Below the pieces are notes generated by a model. The model saw only the letters and a list, made by a program, of their open reading frames with translations. It was not told where the DNA came from and did no database searches. From the IMG/VR virus record IMGVR_UViG_3300035130_000102, positions 1-40,372 of that record: DNA of 40,372 nt; one strand, written 5' to 3'. The translations under genes and the position numbers were made by a program. Origin of the DNA: a virus. Of the stretch, positions 23,438 through 32,227 are shown one piece after another (the first letter of the stretch is position 1; every line of letters starts with the position of its first letter).

Positions 23438-24192
23438 CAGCCACCTCCCCAGGTCTCGTCCGAAAACTCACCCGTGGTTGGGTCGTAGCTCTGTGGGATA
23501 TAGCCGCTTGCCTGCCCGAGCAGTGCCCCGGCCCCGCTCATGATCGCCCCTCCGAGCATTGAGCCGCGCTGTGCTGCCGCTGCCTGCTCCGCCGCCGTCA
23601 AGCCCGCCAGCGTCCCCGTGGCGCCCTGCTCGACCCCGTAGCGCTGCGCCAGGAGCCCGCCGCGGGCCAGCGCCTGCTGCTGCGCCGCTGCCAGCGCCTG
23701 CTGCCGCAGCCTCTCGGCCTGCAGCATCTCCTCAGCCCGGAGCGCGGCCGCCTGGCCTGTGCCGCCGGCGGCGATGCCGGCTCCGGCAATCTGAGCCGAG
23801 CGCATAGCGGCCGGCGAGTAGCCCCGCACCGTGGCCATCCCGCGGAGATCCTGCTGCCCGGCCCGGAGGCCGGCGGCGAGCTGTCGCTGCGCTTGCGTCC
23901 GGCCCATCTCGGCCGCGCGCGCGTAGCTCTCAGCGCCGGCGAGCAGTCCTTGGGTGCCGACGTCGCCGTAGGCCCATGCAGGAGCGAAGATGCCGCCGGC
24001 CTGCACGACGCCCGGATCTTCCCAGAGGGCCTTGTTGGGGTCCTCTCTGATTTCCTCCCAGTAGCCGTAATCGCCGCCGGTGTAGGCACCCATGCCCTCG
24101 CCCTGCGCGGCCTGGACGATGTTATACGCGCCGGCCCCGGGGTCGGTCCCTTCACCTTTTTTTTTCGCGAATGGCGCCTCGTAGTCCGGCAT
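23437..24192 (-). CDS. Ala/Gly/Gln-rich internal virion-type protein (251 aa; gp13-position)
   Basis: Follows the nozzle gene after a 3-nt gap. Composition resembles the next gene. Confidence 0.5.
   Translation of the reverse strand: MPDYEAPFAKKKGEGTDPGAGAYNIVQAAQGEGMGAYTGGDYGYWEEIREDPNKALWEDPGVVQAGGIFAPAWAYGDVGTQGLLAGAESYARAAEMGRTQAQRQLAAGLRAGQQDLRGMATVRGYSPAAMRSAQIAGAGIAAGGTGQAAALRAEEMLQAERLRQQALAAAQQQALARGGLLAQRYGVEQGATGTLAGLTAAEQAAAAQRGSMLGGAIMSGAGALLGQASGYIPQSYDPTTGEFSDETWGGG
24157..24165 (-). repeat. A9 homopolymer (Lys-Lys-Lys codons 10-12 of gene 23437..24192)
   Basis: T9 on the plus strand at 24157-24165. It is the longest homopolymer I saw in this roughly 2/3-GC genome. Confidence 0.9.
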
Positions 24193-24195
24193 GGG

Positions 24196-27100
24196 TCAGC
24201 TCCTCTGCTGAGATGGTACCCGAAACGTACCCTTTGTGCCAATCTCCAGACTCAGCCCGGAGATCCGATAGCTCTCGCCCGTGGTAGGAATCAGGGCCGG
24301 CTCGTTGTCCTGCCAGGCGACGCTGATGGCGCTGCATTTCTGGCGCTGCACCCCGATCCGGGGCAGGTAGCGCTCCGGCAGCCCGGCAAACTCGGCGATG
24401 TCCGCCGCGGTCCAGATCTTCGTTTGGTGTGGAGTGTCCTCGAAGTCGTGGTAGGCGTCCACCTGCAGACCGTGAGCTGAGCGCCACTCGAGACGCAAGA
24501 AGGTCGACCACACCCGCTGCCAGCCGTTCATGCCGGCGCCCTGTAGCCACGCCATGCGACCGCGGCTGGTCACCCACCGATCGGTGGAGTCGTACCACGT
24601 CGAGCTGTCCTCGCGATAGACGAGCCCCTCGGCGGTCACGCAGCGGTAGATGCCGTCATGGACACAAGCGCTCGCCATGGGCGCGTAGGCTCGGCCCAGA
24701 TCGTTTACGATGTCCCAAACGGTCCATTGCTTTTGATCGTAGTCGTAAACTAGGATGACCCCCTCCTCTCCGCTTAGAGCGTTGCACGTGAAACGCACTT
24801 GCTGCTGATCGGCCACCAGCACAGCGGAGGTGACGACGGGATACTGCTGCGTAAAATCTTCGACCGGCTCGCCGATAAATGCCAGCTCGAGGCCTCGGGT
24901 GAGCAGGTAGATCCCGGCCTCCGATTGGAACATCACGCCGCCCGGGTAGCTCACGACGCTCCGGGGCTCGATGCAGCCGGCATCGTCAGCCACCGGAGTG
25001 AGCGGCGAGAAACTGTTGTTCAAACCGGCGTTGTCCGGTCCGTCTCCTGCCACCACGAGCACCTCATCCGGGGTGAAGATTGCGATCTTGTCGTCAAGAT
25101 CCCCAAGCCCGGTCACCTCGAGCCCGGAGGCCAAAATAAAGCCGAGCAGGTCGTCAAACTCCGGCACCACCTGGTCCTCAAGCTCAGTCGACGGGGCGAA
25201 GCTCTTCGAGGGCTGGACACGGGAGCGTCGCCAGACATCGCCGAGCCATACACGATCCTTGACCGTGGCAGCCAGACGACCACCAGCGGGGCATGCCGCC
25301 GGCAGCTCAGCTTGTCCGTCGGTGTACAGCGGCGGTCCGGTGCCGCTGAGGGTCGCGCCGTCAAACTGCTGGCCGTGGTCGAGAATCGTAATCGTGCTCA
25401 CTGACAGATCGTTTGGCTCGAGCCGCACTGGCTTACTGAACCGCTTAAACACGCCGTCGTTGCCGGCGCGGTACCCAACGCAGTTGACCTCGAGCCCCTT
25501 GTAGCTCCGGCTCGTGGCGGCAGTGGTATTGATCGTGAATAGCACCGCGTTGCTCGGGTCCTCAACGGTCTGCTGGTCGAGGTTGCCCGGGATGGAGCGG
25601 TGCAGCATCCCGCGGGGGCCGTACATCTCCCAGGTGAACAGGTAGCTATACGTGCCCTCTGGTAGCTCGGTACCGTACGCTTCTGGATCAATCGTAGTCG
25701 GAGTGGACGAGACAACGATGGGCGGCTGGACGATGCCCAGCTCATGCGAGGAGCCGCCCTCGTACCACGTGTAGCAGCCGCCCCCGATGACAGCCGCCCC
25801 TTTGCTGGTGACGGTGACGCCCACCGGCTCGCTGAAGCTCATCCGCAGCTCATCGCAGGAGATGCGACGCTCAGCCCGCTCCCCGATCTGAGCGATGCGC
25901 TCGCCCATCGTGCGCCACTGCCCCGTCTCAGCCTCTATCACGTGGTTGCCAGCCCCGCGCGGCAGTGAGCCCGGGGCGACGCGGCGGGAGAACTGCCCGG
26001 CGCCGACGTCCAGCACGCCCACGAGAATCGGCACACGGCCGATCCCGCCCGGCTTCGGGTTGATCTCGTCGGCCATCACGTCGACCACGATTGTGCTGTT
26101 GAACAGCTCGTCCCCGGTGGTGCTGAGCACCGCGTAGGCTCGCCCGTTTTGGTCGAAAGGACGAGACTTTAGGGCCGTGTGCCACATAGTATAGGTCGCG
26201 TCGAGGTCCCCTCCGTCGGTTGCCCTGGCGCTACGATTACCCGTGCTGCTGGCCTCCGTCCAAAGGCACACCACCCGGCCGTTGACCTCCGCTACCCCGA
26301 GGCTGAGAGCCGGCTCGGCCAAAGCGTCTATCAGAATCGGCCCCCAAAGCACCGAGAGGGGGCCGCTACGGATAGCGAAGAGAAACAGCGCTCCGGCTCC
26401 TTCTCCTTCAGCTGCCGCCAGAAGGTAGATCACATCTTGCGTGGGCGACTCGGCGATGGCAATGCGATACCAATCGTATGTGCTATTTGTGTTCTGCACC
26501 TGGATGGCGTGGGCGCTATTGTACCGCAGGATCTTCCAGTCCTGGGATGGATCGACGACGTAGGCCAGAACGTAGTCTCCGGCCTCGGTCACATGGTCGA
26601 GACCGATCGCGTCGTACATGCGGCCCTCGTCTGCAAACGTCGCGTAGCAGTCTGTCACAGGCGTTGCCTTGCTGCCCGGTGGAGTCGTGGGCGAGGCGAT
26701 GTTCCAACTGAGGCGGTTGATGTCGACTGGCCCCGACGAAATGGCTCGCTGGCCGGTGTGGTAGAACAGCATGAGCTTGTCGGCAGCGTGGGCGCAACGG
26801 GGCCCGTATGGCGGATCGGTGGTGTTGCCTTTGGCCGAGTCGTAGACCTGCACGTCCACCACCCGCTGCCCGTCTACTGTCTCAACGATCGACTCAATTG
26901 CGAATGTACTGTAGAGATTGAAGCCGACGAGCTCATACTCATCCGTGAGGGCCGCCCGCGCTGCGCCGTAGATGATATAGTCGCCGAGCTTGTCCAGATC
27001 GGCCAGCTCGTGATTCACTGAGCTGTGAAACTTTTGGGTCACCTTGCCCACAAACGGTGACACTGGCCCGCGGTCAGTCCAGCGGTCCAGTGCATCGACG

Positions 27101-27366
27101 TAGCCCCAGATGCGATCCGGCCCGACGATGCACAGCTCCTCTCCCGTGCTGAATATCGCCCGCGCCCCTGGTACTGCGTCCACCCCGTTGACCTGCAGAT
27201 CCGTCATCGGGGTGAAGCCGTGGCGCTTCGAGAGGCGGCCGAGCTTGTCGAGGTACAGGTTGCGGGCCTCTAGCAGCCGCTGCTGCGGCACCACCACCCG
27301 CTCCTCGACGTGCTGCGCGAGCCCGCCGGAGATGGGGATGTCTACCTTTTGCTTACGCGGTGCCAC
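24196..27366 (-). CDS. Tail nozzle / tail tubular protein B-like (T7 gp12-like) protein, 1056 aa
   Basis: The N-terminus IPISGGLAQHVEERVVVPQQRLLEARNLYLDKLGRLSKRHGF parallels the GGISQQP...Q...N...G.L.KRP pattern of gp12-type nozzles. Size and position, directly after a 198-aa gene, also fit. Confidence 0.55.
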   Translation of the reverse strand: MAPRKQKVDIPISGGLAQHVEERVVVPQQRLLEARNLYLDKLGRLSKRHGFTPMTDLQVNGVDAVPGARAIFSTGEELCIVGPDRIWGYVDALDRWTDRGPVSPFVGKVTQKFHSSVNHELADLDKLGDYIIYGAARAALTDEYELVGFNLYSTFAIESIVETVDGQRVVDVQVYDSAKGNTTDPPYGPRCAHAADKLMLFYHTGQRAISSGPVDINRLSWNIASPTTPPGSKATPVTDCYATFADEGRMYDAIGLDHVTEAGDYVLAYVVDPSQDWKILRYNSAHAIQVQNTNSTYDWYRIAIAESPTQDVIYLLAAAEGEGAGALFLFAIRSGPLSVLWGPILIDALAEPALSLGVAEVNGRVVCLWTEASSTGNRSARATDGGDLDATYTMWHTALKSRPFDQNGRAYAVLSTTGDELFNSTIVVDVMADEINPKPGGIGRVPILVGVLDVGAGQFSRRVAPGSLPRGAGNHVIEAETGQWRTMGERIAQIGERAERRISCDELRMSFSEPVGVTVTSKGAAVIGGGCYTWYEGGSSHELGIVQPPIVVSSTPTTIDPEAYGTELPEGTYSYLFTWEMYGPRGMLHRSIPGNLDQQTVEDPSNAVLFTINTTAATSRSYKGLEVNCVGYRAGNDGVFKRFSKPVRLEPNDLSVSTITILDHGQQFDGATLSGTGPPLYTDGQAELPAACPAGGRLAATVKDRVWLGDVWRRSRVQPSKSFAPSTELEDQVVPEFDDLLGFILASGLEVTGLGDLDDKIAIFTPDEVLVVAGDGPDNAGLNNSFSPLTPVADDAGCIEPRSVVSYPGGVMFQSEAGIYLLTRGLELAFIGEPVEDFTQQYPVVTSAVLVADQQQVRFTCNALSGEEGVILVYDYDQKQWTVWDIVNDLGRAYAPMASACVHDGIYRCVTAEGLVYREDSSTWYDSTDRWVTSRGRMAWLQGAGMNGWQRVWSTFLRLEWRSAHGLQVDAYHDFEDTPHQTKIWTAADIAEFAGLPERYLPRIGVQRQKCSAISVAWQDNEPALIPTTGESYRISGLSLEIGTKGTFRVPSQQRS

Positions 27367-27949
27367 CGCGATCCCTATACCTGTAGCTCAGCAGCACGTA
27401 GCCCTCCGGCCACACACCGGGGATTGTCTCGGACTCGCCGTCCAGCACGATGAGCGAAGACTGCTCGGCGAACGGGGTCTTTGAAAGCCTGAAGCGATAG
27501 ACCTGACCGGGCGCCAAATCGCCCGTGGCGTGGGGGCCGGCTGTCTTGGGCTGCCCGGAGATGTAGCCGAGCTCGCGGTACTTAGTCGGGCTGTAGGCGT
27601 CGGCCTTGCGCCGCTCCTGGATACGGATCCAGCTGTAGTTGACCGGATCGGAGTCCCAGTCGTGCTCTGTCACCCAATATGCCTCCACGAGCTCGACAGG
27701 GCGAGGGCAGAGCAGCACATAGTGGTCGTGCGCCTGCTGCGGAAACGTGTCCACTTCGTGGTGGATTGTGTACAGCGCGCGGCCCTGCTGATCGATTGCG
27801 CTGCTAGCGAGCTGCGGCCCACGGTCGAGACGGCGCTGCGGCTGAGCGGTCGACGTGGCCCGAAGCGCCCGCTCTAGCTCGTCCACTCGTCGCTGCAGCT
27901 CCTGCAGTGCCGGGTCAGAGCTGTGCCGGGTGGCGCTGCTGCGTCTCAT
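27353..27949 (-). CDS. Tail adaptor / tubular protein A-like (T7 gp11-position), 198 aa
   Basis: Internal ATG at 27949, 1 nt after the upstream stop. Size and position immediately upstream of the nozzle gene. Confidence 0.45.
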   Translation of the reverse strand: MRRSSATRHSSDPALQELQRRVDELERALRATSTAQPQRRLDRGPQLASSAIDQQGRALYTIHHEVDTFPQQAHDHYVLLCPRPVELVEAYWVTEHDWDSDPVNYSWIRIQERRKADAYSPTKYRELGYISGQPKTAGPHATGDLAPGQVYRFRLSKTPFAEQSSLIVLDGESETIPGVWPEGYVLLSYRYRDRGGTA

Positions 27950-27950
27950 C

Positions 27951-28673
27951 TTACGGCCCCCAGTGGCCGTAGGGCCAGAGCCCCTGCCCGTGCGTCCACC
28001 CGTCCTTGCGCGTGTCCTGGACGATCTCAGGGTTACCGGCGTCCCGGTTGGCGGCGAGGTCCGCGATCTCGGCCTCAATCATGGCTCGCTCGCGCTCGAG
28101 CCTGCGAGGATCCTGCTCGTCCTTGTCCACGAGCCCGAGGGCCACGGTGTAGTAGGCCCATTCCTCCCACCCGTTGACGCCATCGAAGGTGTCGGCATCG
28201 CCGGCCAATGGCTGAAACTGTGGGACATAGCGGACATGCAGCGTGTAGGCCCGGCGCGGGACCGGCTTGAGCACCAGCGCGTTATTTTGGATCCGGTAAT
28301 GCAGGTGTCGCAGCGACAAGACCCCGGAGAGCCAGTGCTGCGACGAAAGCCGGGCGATGTCGTTGTGTGTCCAGGCCGGCAGGTCCGCCCAGCTGTAAGT
28401 GCTGTCGTCTTGCCCGAGCACGCCGAGGAGGTGCAGCCCGAAGTCCTGCGGAAGCGCGTAGGTGTCCACATCAGCGACGGTGACGATCTCGTGCTCCTTG
28501 GCGTAGCGCTCATGCCCCCCGGCGCGCACGAGCTTGTTGTACAGCCGCCGGAGGGCACGGTTGATGCGCCGGTCCAGCTCCTCGGGCGAGATGCGATCCT
28601 GCTGCAGCTCCTCCTCATCCGCGATCTCGCGGATGGCTACGCGCATCTCCTGCAGCTGGACCGGCTGTGGCAT
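27951..28673 (-). CDS. Virion structural protein (240 aa; head-tail connector candidate)
   Basis: Position between the head and tail genes. No specific motif recognised. Confidence 0.4.
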   Translation of the reverse strand: MPQPVQLQEMRVAIREIADEEELQQDRISPEELDRRINRALRRLYNKLVRAGGHERYAKEHEIVTVADVDTYALPQDFGLHLLGVLGQDDSTYSWADLPAWTHNDIARLSSQHWLSGVLSLRHLHYRIQNNALVLKPVPRRAYTLHVRYVPQFQPLAGDADTFDGVNGWEEWAYYTVALGLVDKDEQDPRRLERERAMIEAEIADLAANRDAGNPEIVQDTRKDGWTHGQGLWPYGHWGP

Positions 28674-28676
28674 AGC

Positions 28677-28853
28677 TCAGTCGTCCTCCGCCTCGTCCAG
28701 CACCTCGTCTACCAGGGCGCGAAACGAGGCAAGGTCCTGTTTCTCCTGGTACCGCTCGAACGCGGCCTCCACTGCGCTTTTGCCGGCCGGGGCCGAGTCG
28801 GGCGCAGCGGGAGCCGCTGCGTCTTTGAGCGCTGCCAGGAGCCCGTCGCTCAT
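28677..28853 (-). CDS. Small acidic protein (58 aa)
   Basis: ATG at 28853 in an ATGA overlap with the upstream stop. Confidence 0.5.
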   Translation of the reverse strand: MSDGLLAALKDAAAPAAPDSAPAGKSAVEAAFERYQEKQDLASFRALVDEVLDEAEDD

Positions 28854-29245
28854 AGCGTCCCCGAGCAAAAGAAGTGAGCCTCGCAGGTTTTGCCGTCAGA
28901 CTCGACCGCTTCGAGCGTGAGCGTCCCGTCCACCAGCGTGACCGACAGCCCGTTGTCGGCCGCGTAGCCCTCCTGCGCCGGGTTGACGAGCAAGAGATTG
29001 GCGGAGTTTCGGATCGTCGGCTGTCCCATGACGCTGACGCGCGCCCACCGGTGAGCAAAGCCGATCCCGTAGACGTTCTTGCTCACCCGGACGACGGTGA
29101 TCTCGCGAGTGCTGCCGATGGACAGCTCGGGATCCGGATCCTCTGTCCCGTTGGTCACCCAGCGGATCCAGAAGTGCCCGGCCCGCTGCTGCGCCGTTTT
29201 CAGCGGGTACTTATGATACGCCTCGCTGCCTGCTTTGGACGCCAT
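28850..29245 (-). CDS. Hypothetical virion-module protein (131 aa)
   Basis: GAGGTGAGG RBS upstream. Confidence 0.55.
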   Translation of the reverse strand: MASKAGSEAYHKYPLKTAQQRAGHFWIRWVTNGTEDPDPELSIGSTREITVVRVSKNVYGIGFAHRWARVSVMGQPTIRNSANLLLVNPAQEGYAADNGLSVTLVDGTLTLEAVESDGKTCEAHFFCSGTL

Positions 29246-29249
29246 GGCC

Positions 29250-29735
29250 TCACCTCAGCTCGTAGTCGATGTCGACGGTCAGGTCGGTGATGACGACGCC
29301 GGCGGCTGCCTTGGTGACCTCGAGCACGAGCCACTCGCCCGCGTCGAGGGTGTCGTCATACTCGATCGTGAACGCCCGCGCTACCCTGGCCGCGAGGGTT
29401 CCTCCGCTGCCCGTCTGGGTGTCGGTCGCATCGATCGATGTGAGCCCGCCGGCCGCGCCGTTTTCCTTGTTGAGGTCGAGGACTGCGTAGTTTGCGGCGT
29501 CTTCGGCCACGTCGCCAGCCGCGGCGATGTACACGCTCTTGAGGCGGATGTCCTGCTCCGCCCTCATCAGCATGTAGTTGGTCTCGTCGCCGGCTGCGGC
29601 ATCCGCGGGCAGCACCAAGCGAGCTTGACGCCGCAGCGTCAGCTCCCGGTGCTTTTCGATGCCGTCGTCCCAGATGTGGGCCTCGTGTGTCGCGACCCTG
29701 TCAGCCAGGGTCCTGAAATCAGGTACATTTGCCAT
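29250..29735 (-). CDS. Hypothetical virion-module protein (161 aa; capsid decoration or cement candidate by position)
   Basis: Strong RBS AAGGAG, 9 nt after the capsid gene stop. Confidence 0.45.
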   Translation of the reverse strand: MANVPDFRTLADRVATHEAHIWDDGIEKHRELTLRRQARLVLPADAAAGDETNYMLMRAEQDIRLKSVYIAAAGDVAEDAANYAVLDLNKENGAAGGLTSIDATDTQTGSGGTLAARVARAFTIEYDDTLDAGEWLVLEVTKAAAGVVITDLTVDIDYELR

Positions 29736-29744
29736 GATAGCTCC

Positions 29745-30971
29745 TTAGTCTCCGAGGTCCAGATGGCCGTTCTTGTGCGGCTTCCAGCAGACGGGCTGGA
29801 GGAACGCGCGGAGCCGGTACTGCGACGCGTCGCTGTTCGGCGAGCGCAGCAGCTTGCGGCCGTCGTCATCGGCGAAGTGCGGGATCTGCCCGAGCCCGCA
29901 CAGCTCCCAGGAGTCGCGGGTCAGACCGTAGCAAGAGCGGTAAGGCACCCACGGATCGTCCATGATCGGGACGATCTTCCCACCGCACCGGATCCCGATG
30001 GTGTCGTAGGAGATCACCACGCGGCCGGAGCTGTCCTTGATGTTGACGGTCACGTCCTTGGCCGCGTTGAGGCTCTTCTGCACCTCCGTGAACCGAACGC
30101 TGTTGAGCCAGAGCGAATCGAACATCGCCCCGTACTGGCGCGCGTTGCCGACAAACGAGATCAGCGCGGACTCGATGTCCTCCGTCCGGACTTCGCGGTA
30201 GCCGGCGAGGCGGACCTCGTGCACCGAGCGGTCGACGTTCAAAAACGGGGTCGAAAGGCCGGCGTTGGTCGGGGGGATCCACGCCTTGACGCCGTAGAGC
30301 GAGTTACCGAACTCGTCGTAACCGAAGATGTAGTCGCCGGCGGCGATGCCGGTCCCGGGGTTGATGGCCGAGGCGTCGTCCAGGGTGATGGTACCGTCGG
30401 CGTTCGAGACCTTCTCGACAAACGTCTGGCCGTTGTACGGCGAGCCCGTGAGCCCGTCGGTGGCGGCGGCTACGATGGTGGTGCCGACCTCGAACTTGAC
30501 CGTGTCTCTCGGGTCGGTGAGGGTCACGACATTACCCGCGACGCCGCCGGTGGCGACCCTGGCCCGCGCTCCGCCCTGGTCGCCCCAGAGCTGGATCGAG
30601 AGCCGGAGTAGAAAGCCGTCGTTGGCCTTGTCCAGCGAGTCGTCCAGAGCCTTGACGACGGCCCCCTTCTGGTCCGCTGAGGCAAGGATGGTCTCGTGGT
30701 CGATCTCGCCGATCGAGTAGAGCCGGCCGCGGACGATGATGAATTTCAGCTTGCGCTGATAGCCCTGGTTGAGCAGAGCGCCGGCGAACGTGTTACCGCC
30801 CCCGGCGTTCGGGGCGATGTTGACGACGTTCTCCTTCGAATTTCCGGTGAAGGTGTAGCTCTTGGGCATCCACACCAAGAGCTTCGAGGGCATCTGCTCG
30901 AGATCGTGCTGCCTGCGCGCTTGCCTGATCTTCAGCGCGTTGGCGAATTTTTCCTGGTCTACAATGGCCAC
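29745..30971 (-). CDS. Major capsid protein
   Basis: 408-aa ORF directly downstream of the scaffold-like gene. GTG start with a GGAG RBS. Size and position are typical. Confidence 0.75.
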   Translation of the reverse strand: MAIVDQEKFANALKIRQARRQHDLEQMPSKLLVWMPKSYTFTGNSKENVVNIAPNAGGGNTFAGALLNQGYQRKLKFIIVRGRLYSIGEIDHETILASADQKGAVVKALDDSLDKANDGFLLRLSIQLWGDQGGARARVATGGVAGNVVTLTDPRDTVKFEVGTTIVAAATDGLTGSPYNGQTFVEKVSNADGTITLDDASAINPGTGIAAGDYIFGYDEFGNSLYGVKAWIPPTNAGLSTPFLNVDRSVHEVRLAGYREVRTEDIESALISFVGNARQYGAMFDSLWLNSVRFTEVQKSLNAAKDVTVNIKDSSGRVVISYDTIGIRCGGKIVPIMDDPWVPYRSCYGLTRDSWELCGLGQIPHFADDDGRKLLRSPNSDASQYRLRAFLQPVCWKPHKNGHLDLGD

Positions 30972-30973
30972 TT

Positions 30974-30991
30974 GTGCGCTCCGTGGCGCAC
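30974..30991 (-). promoter_or_regulatory. Hairpin presenting the capsid-gene RBS in its loop
   Basis: On the plus strand GTGCGC (30974-30979) pairs with GCGCAC (30986-30991). On the mRNA the loop reads CACGGA and contains GGAG, 8 nt upstream of the GTG start. Confidence 0.3.
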
Positions 30992-31003
30992 TGGCTCAGA
31001 TGG

Positions 31004-32227
31004 CTACTTTCCCGGAAGCTTATCGGTCTCGCCGCGGAGATAGCGGTCTAGCGCGGCTGCCTCTTCCTCGTCCGTCATCCGGCCACGTGCGCTGGCGTTG
31101 GCGGCGACGTTAGCGCCACCAAGTTTTCGCTCGCCTTTCGCGCCCGGAGCGGCGGGGGAGCTTTCCCCGGCAGAGGTTGCACCCTGGCTGCCCGAAGCGT
31201 CGGCGGGTGCGCCCGGCAAGAGCTGCTTGATACGCTCATGTCTGTGCGTGTAGCGCTCCTTTGCGAGCCGGTCAAGAGCACCTAGGAATTTTTGCACACC
31301 GGTGCGCAAAACCTTGCCGTCCTTATCGACCTCGTTTTCGGTGAACTGCCGGATCCATAACAGCTCGGTATTGCTAGGGTTTTTGGTCAGCTCGGCCTTG
31401 GCGTTTTGGAGCTCCGTCAGCATGCTCGTGATGATCGCCCGCTGGTCCTCCGGAGGCTCGGCTGCCAGGTATGGCGTCTCTTCTGGCTTGGTGGTGAGCG
31501 CCGTGAAGCACGCCCCGGCCGCCTGCTTGAGCTCGGCCTGCACAGCTGCCTGCGTTGCGGCCGCCTGGTCCGCCTCCCGGCCATGCTTCAGCTCGGCGAT
31601 CTCCTTGCGCAGCTCGGCAGCCCAGGCCGGCTCGTCGGCTGCCGCTGGCGGCTTCGCCTTGGCCCGTTCAGCCGGCGTCCCTTCGCTCAGGCGCCTCTCG
31701 GCGAGGGCCGCAAACACCTTGTCCTCGTCCGCGCCGGCCGCCCTGATCATCGCATCGAAGCCGGCGATCGGGTCCTGGGCAAAGAGCTTCGTGGCCGCGG
31801 ACACCTGCGCCAGCTGCTGCTCGAGCAGCTCGGCCTGGCCCTGGATCTTGCCCATCAGCTGCTCGGCTGCGGCCTCCTTCTGTCGCGCCCGGGCCATGCG
31901 CCGGCGGGCCTTGCTGAGGGTTGGGGCGGGCTCGTCCGTCGGCTGGGGCTCTTCGTCGGGCTTGCTCTCGTTCGCTGAGGCCGGGTGGGGCTCTTCGTCG
32001 GCTGCGGGTGCGGGTGGCGCATCCCCTTTGGCCTCGGCGATCATCTCGCGGTGGTGCTGCTTGACCACGCCGGCGAGGTCTTTGTTGAGCTGGTCGAGCT
32101 CGGCCGCATCGTCCGGCGGCTGGTCGCTTACGGTCTGGGTAACCGGCTCGGACTGCGCCGGGTCAGGTGGTGCGCCGGCCGGGGGGTCGGCTACGGTCAC
32201 GTCTACCGTGGTGCTCGCTGTCGTCAT
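31004..32227 (-). CDS. Scaffolding protein candidate (407 aa)
   Basis: Internal ATG at 32227 in an ATGA overlap with the portal stop. Acidic, Ala/Glu/Lys-rich helical protein between portal and capsid. Confidence 0.6.
   Translation of the reverse strand: MTTASTTVDVTVADPPAGAPPDPAQSEPVTQTVSDQPPDDAAELDQLNKDLAGVVKQHHREMIAEAKGDAPPAPAADEEPHPASANESKPDEEPQPTDEPAPTLSKARRRMARARQKEAAAEQLMGKIQGQAELLEQQLAQVSAATKLFAQDPIAGFDAMIRAAGADEDKVFAALAERRLSEGTPAERAKAKPPAAADEPAWAAELRKEIAELKHGREADQAAATQAAVQAELKQAAGACFTALTTKPEETPYLAAEPPEDQRAIITSMLTELQNAKAELTKNPSNTELLWIRQFTENEVDKDGKVLRTGVQKFLGALDRLAKERYTHRHERIKQLLPGAPADASGSQGATSAGESSPAAPGAKGERKLGGANVAANASARGRMTDEEEAAALDRYLRGETDKLPGK

Noticed and set aside
24130-24165. 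Terminator formed by the CCGGCC..GGTCGG hairpin plus the T9 run on the plus strand
   Set aside because: The stem is weak (6 bp with a G-U pair, 4-nt loop) and lies 10 nt from the T-run. The T-run is the antisense of in-frame Lys codons. Only the homopolymer is reported.
17959-29245. Diversity-generating retroelement in the tail region (as in BPP-1-like podoviruses)
   Set aside because: There is no reverse-transcriptase-like ORF. I saw no long near-identical template/variable repeat pair.
29235-30611. Long plus-strand ORFs antisense to structural genes (for example 29235..30611, 31302..32420, 26179..27021, 27855..28877, 17261..18202, 972..1691)
   Set aside because: Their translations are Arg/Gly/Pro/Ala-rich low-complexity sequence, typical of open antisense frames in high-GC DNA. 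They lack RBSs and sit opposite well-supported, tightly coupled minus-strand genes.
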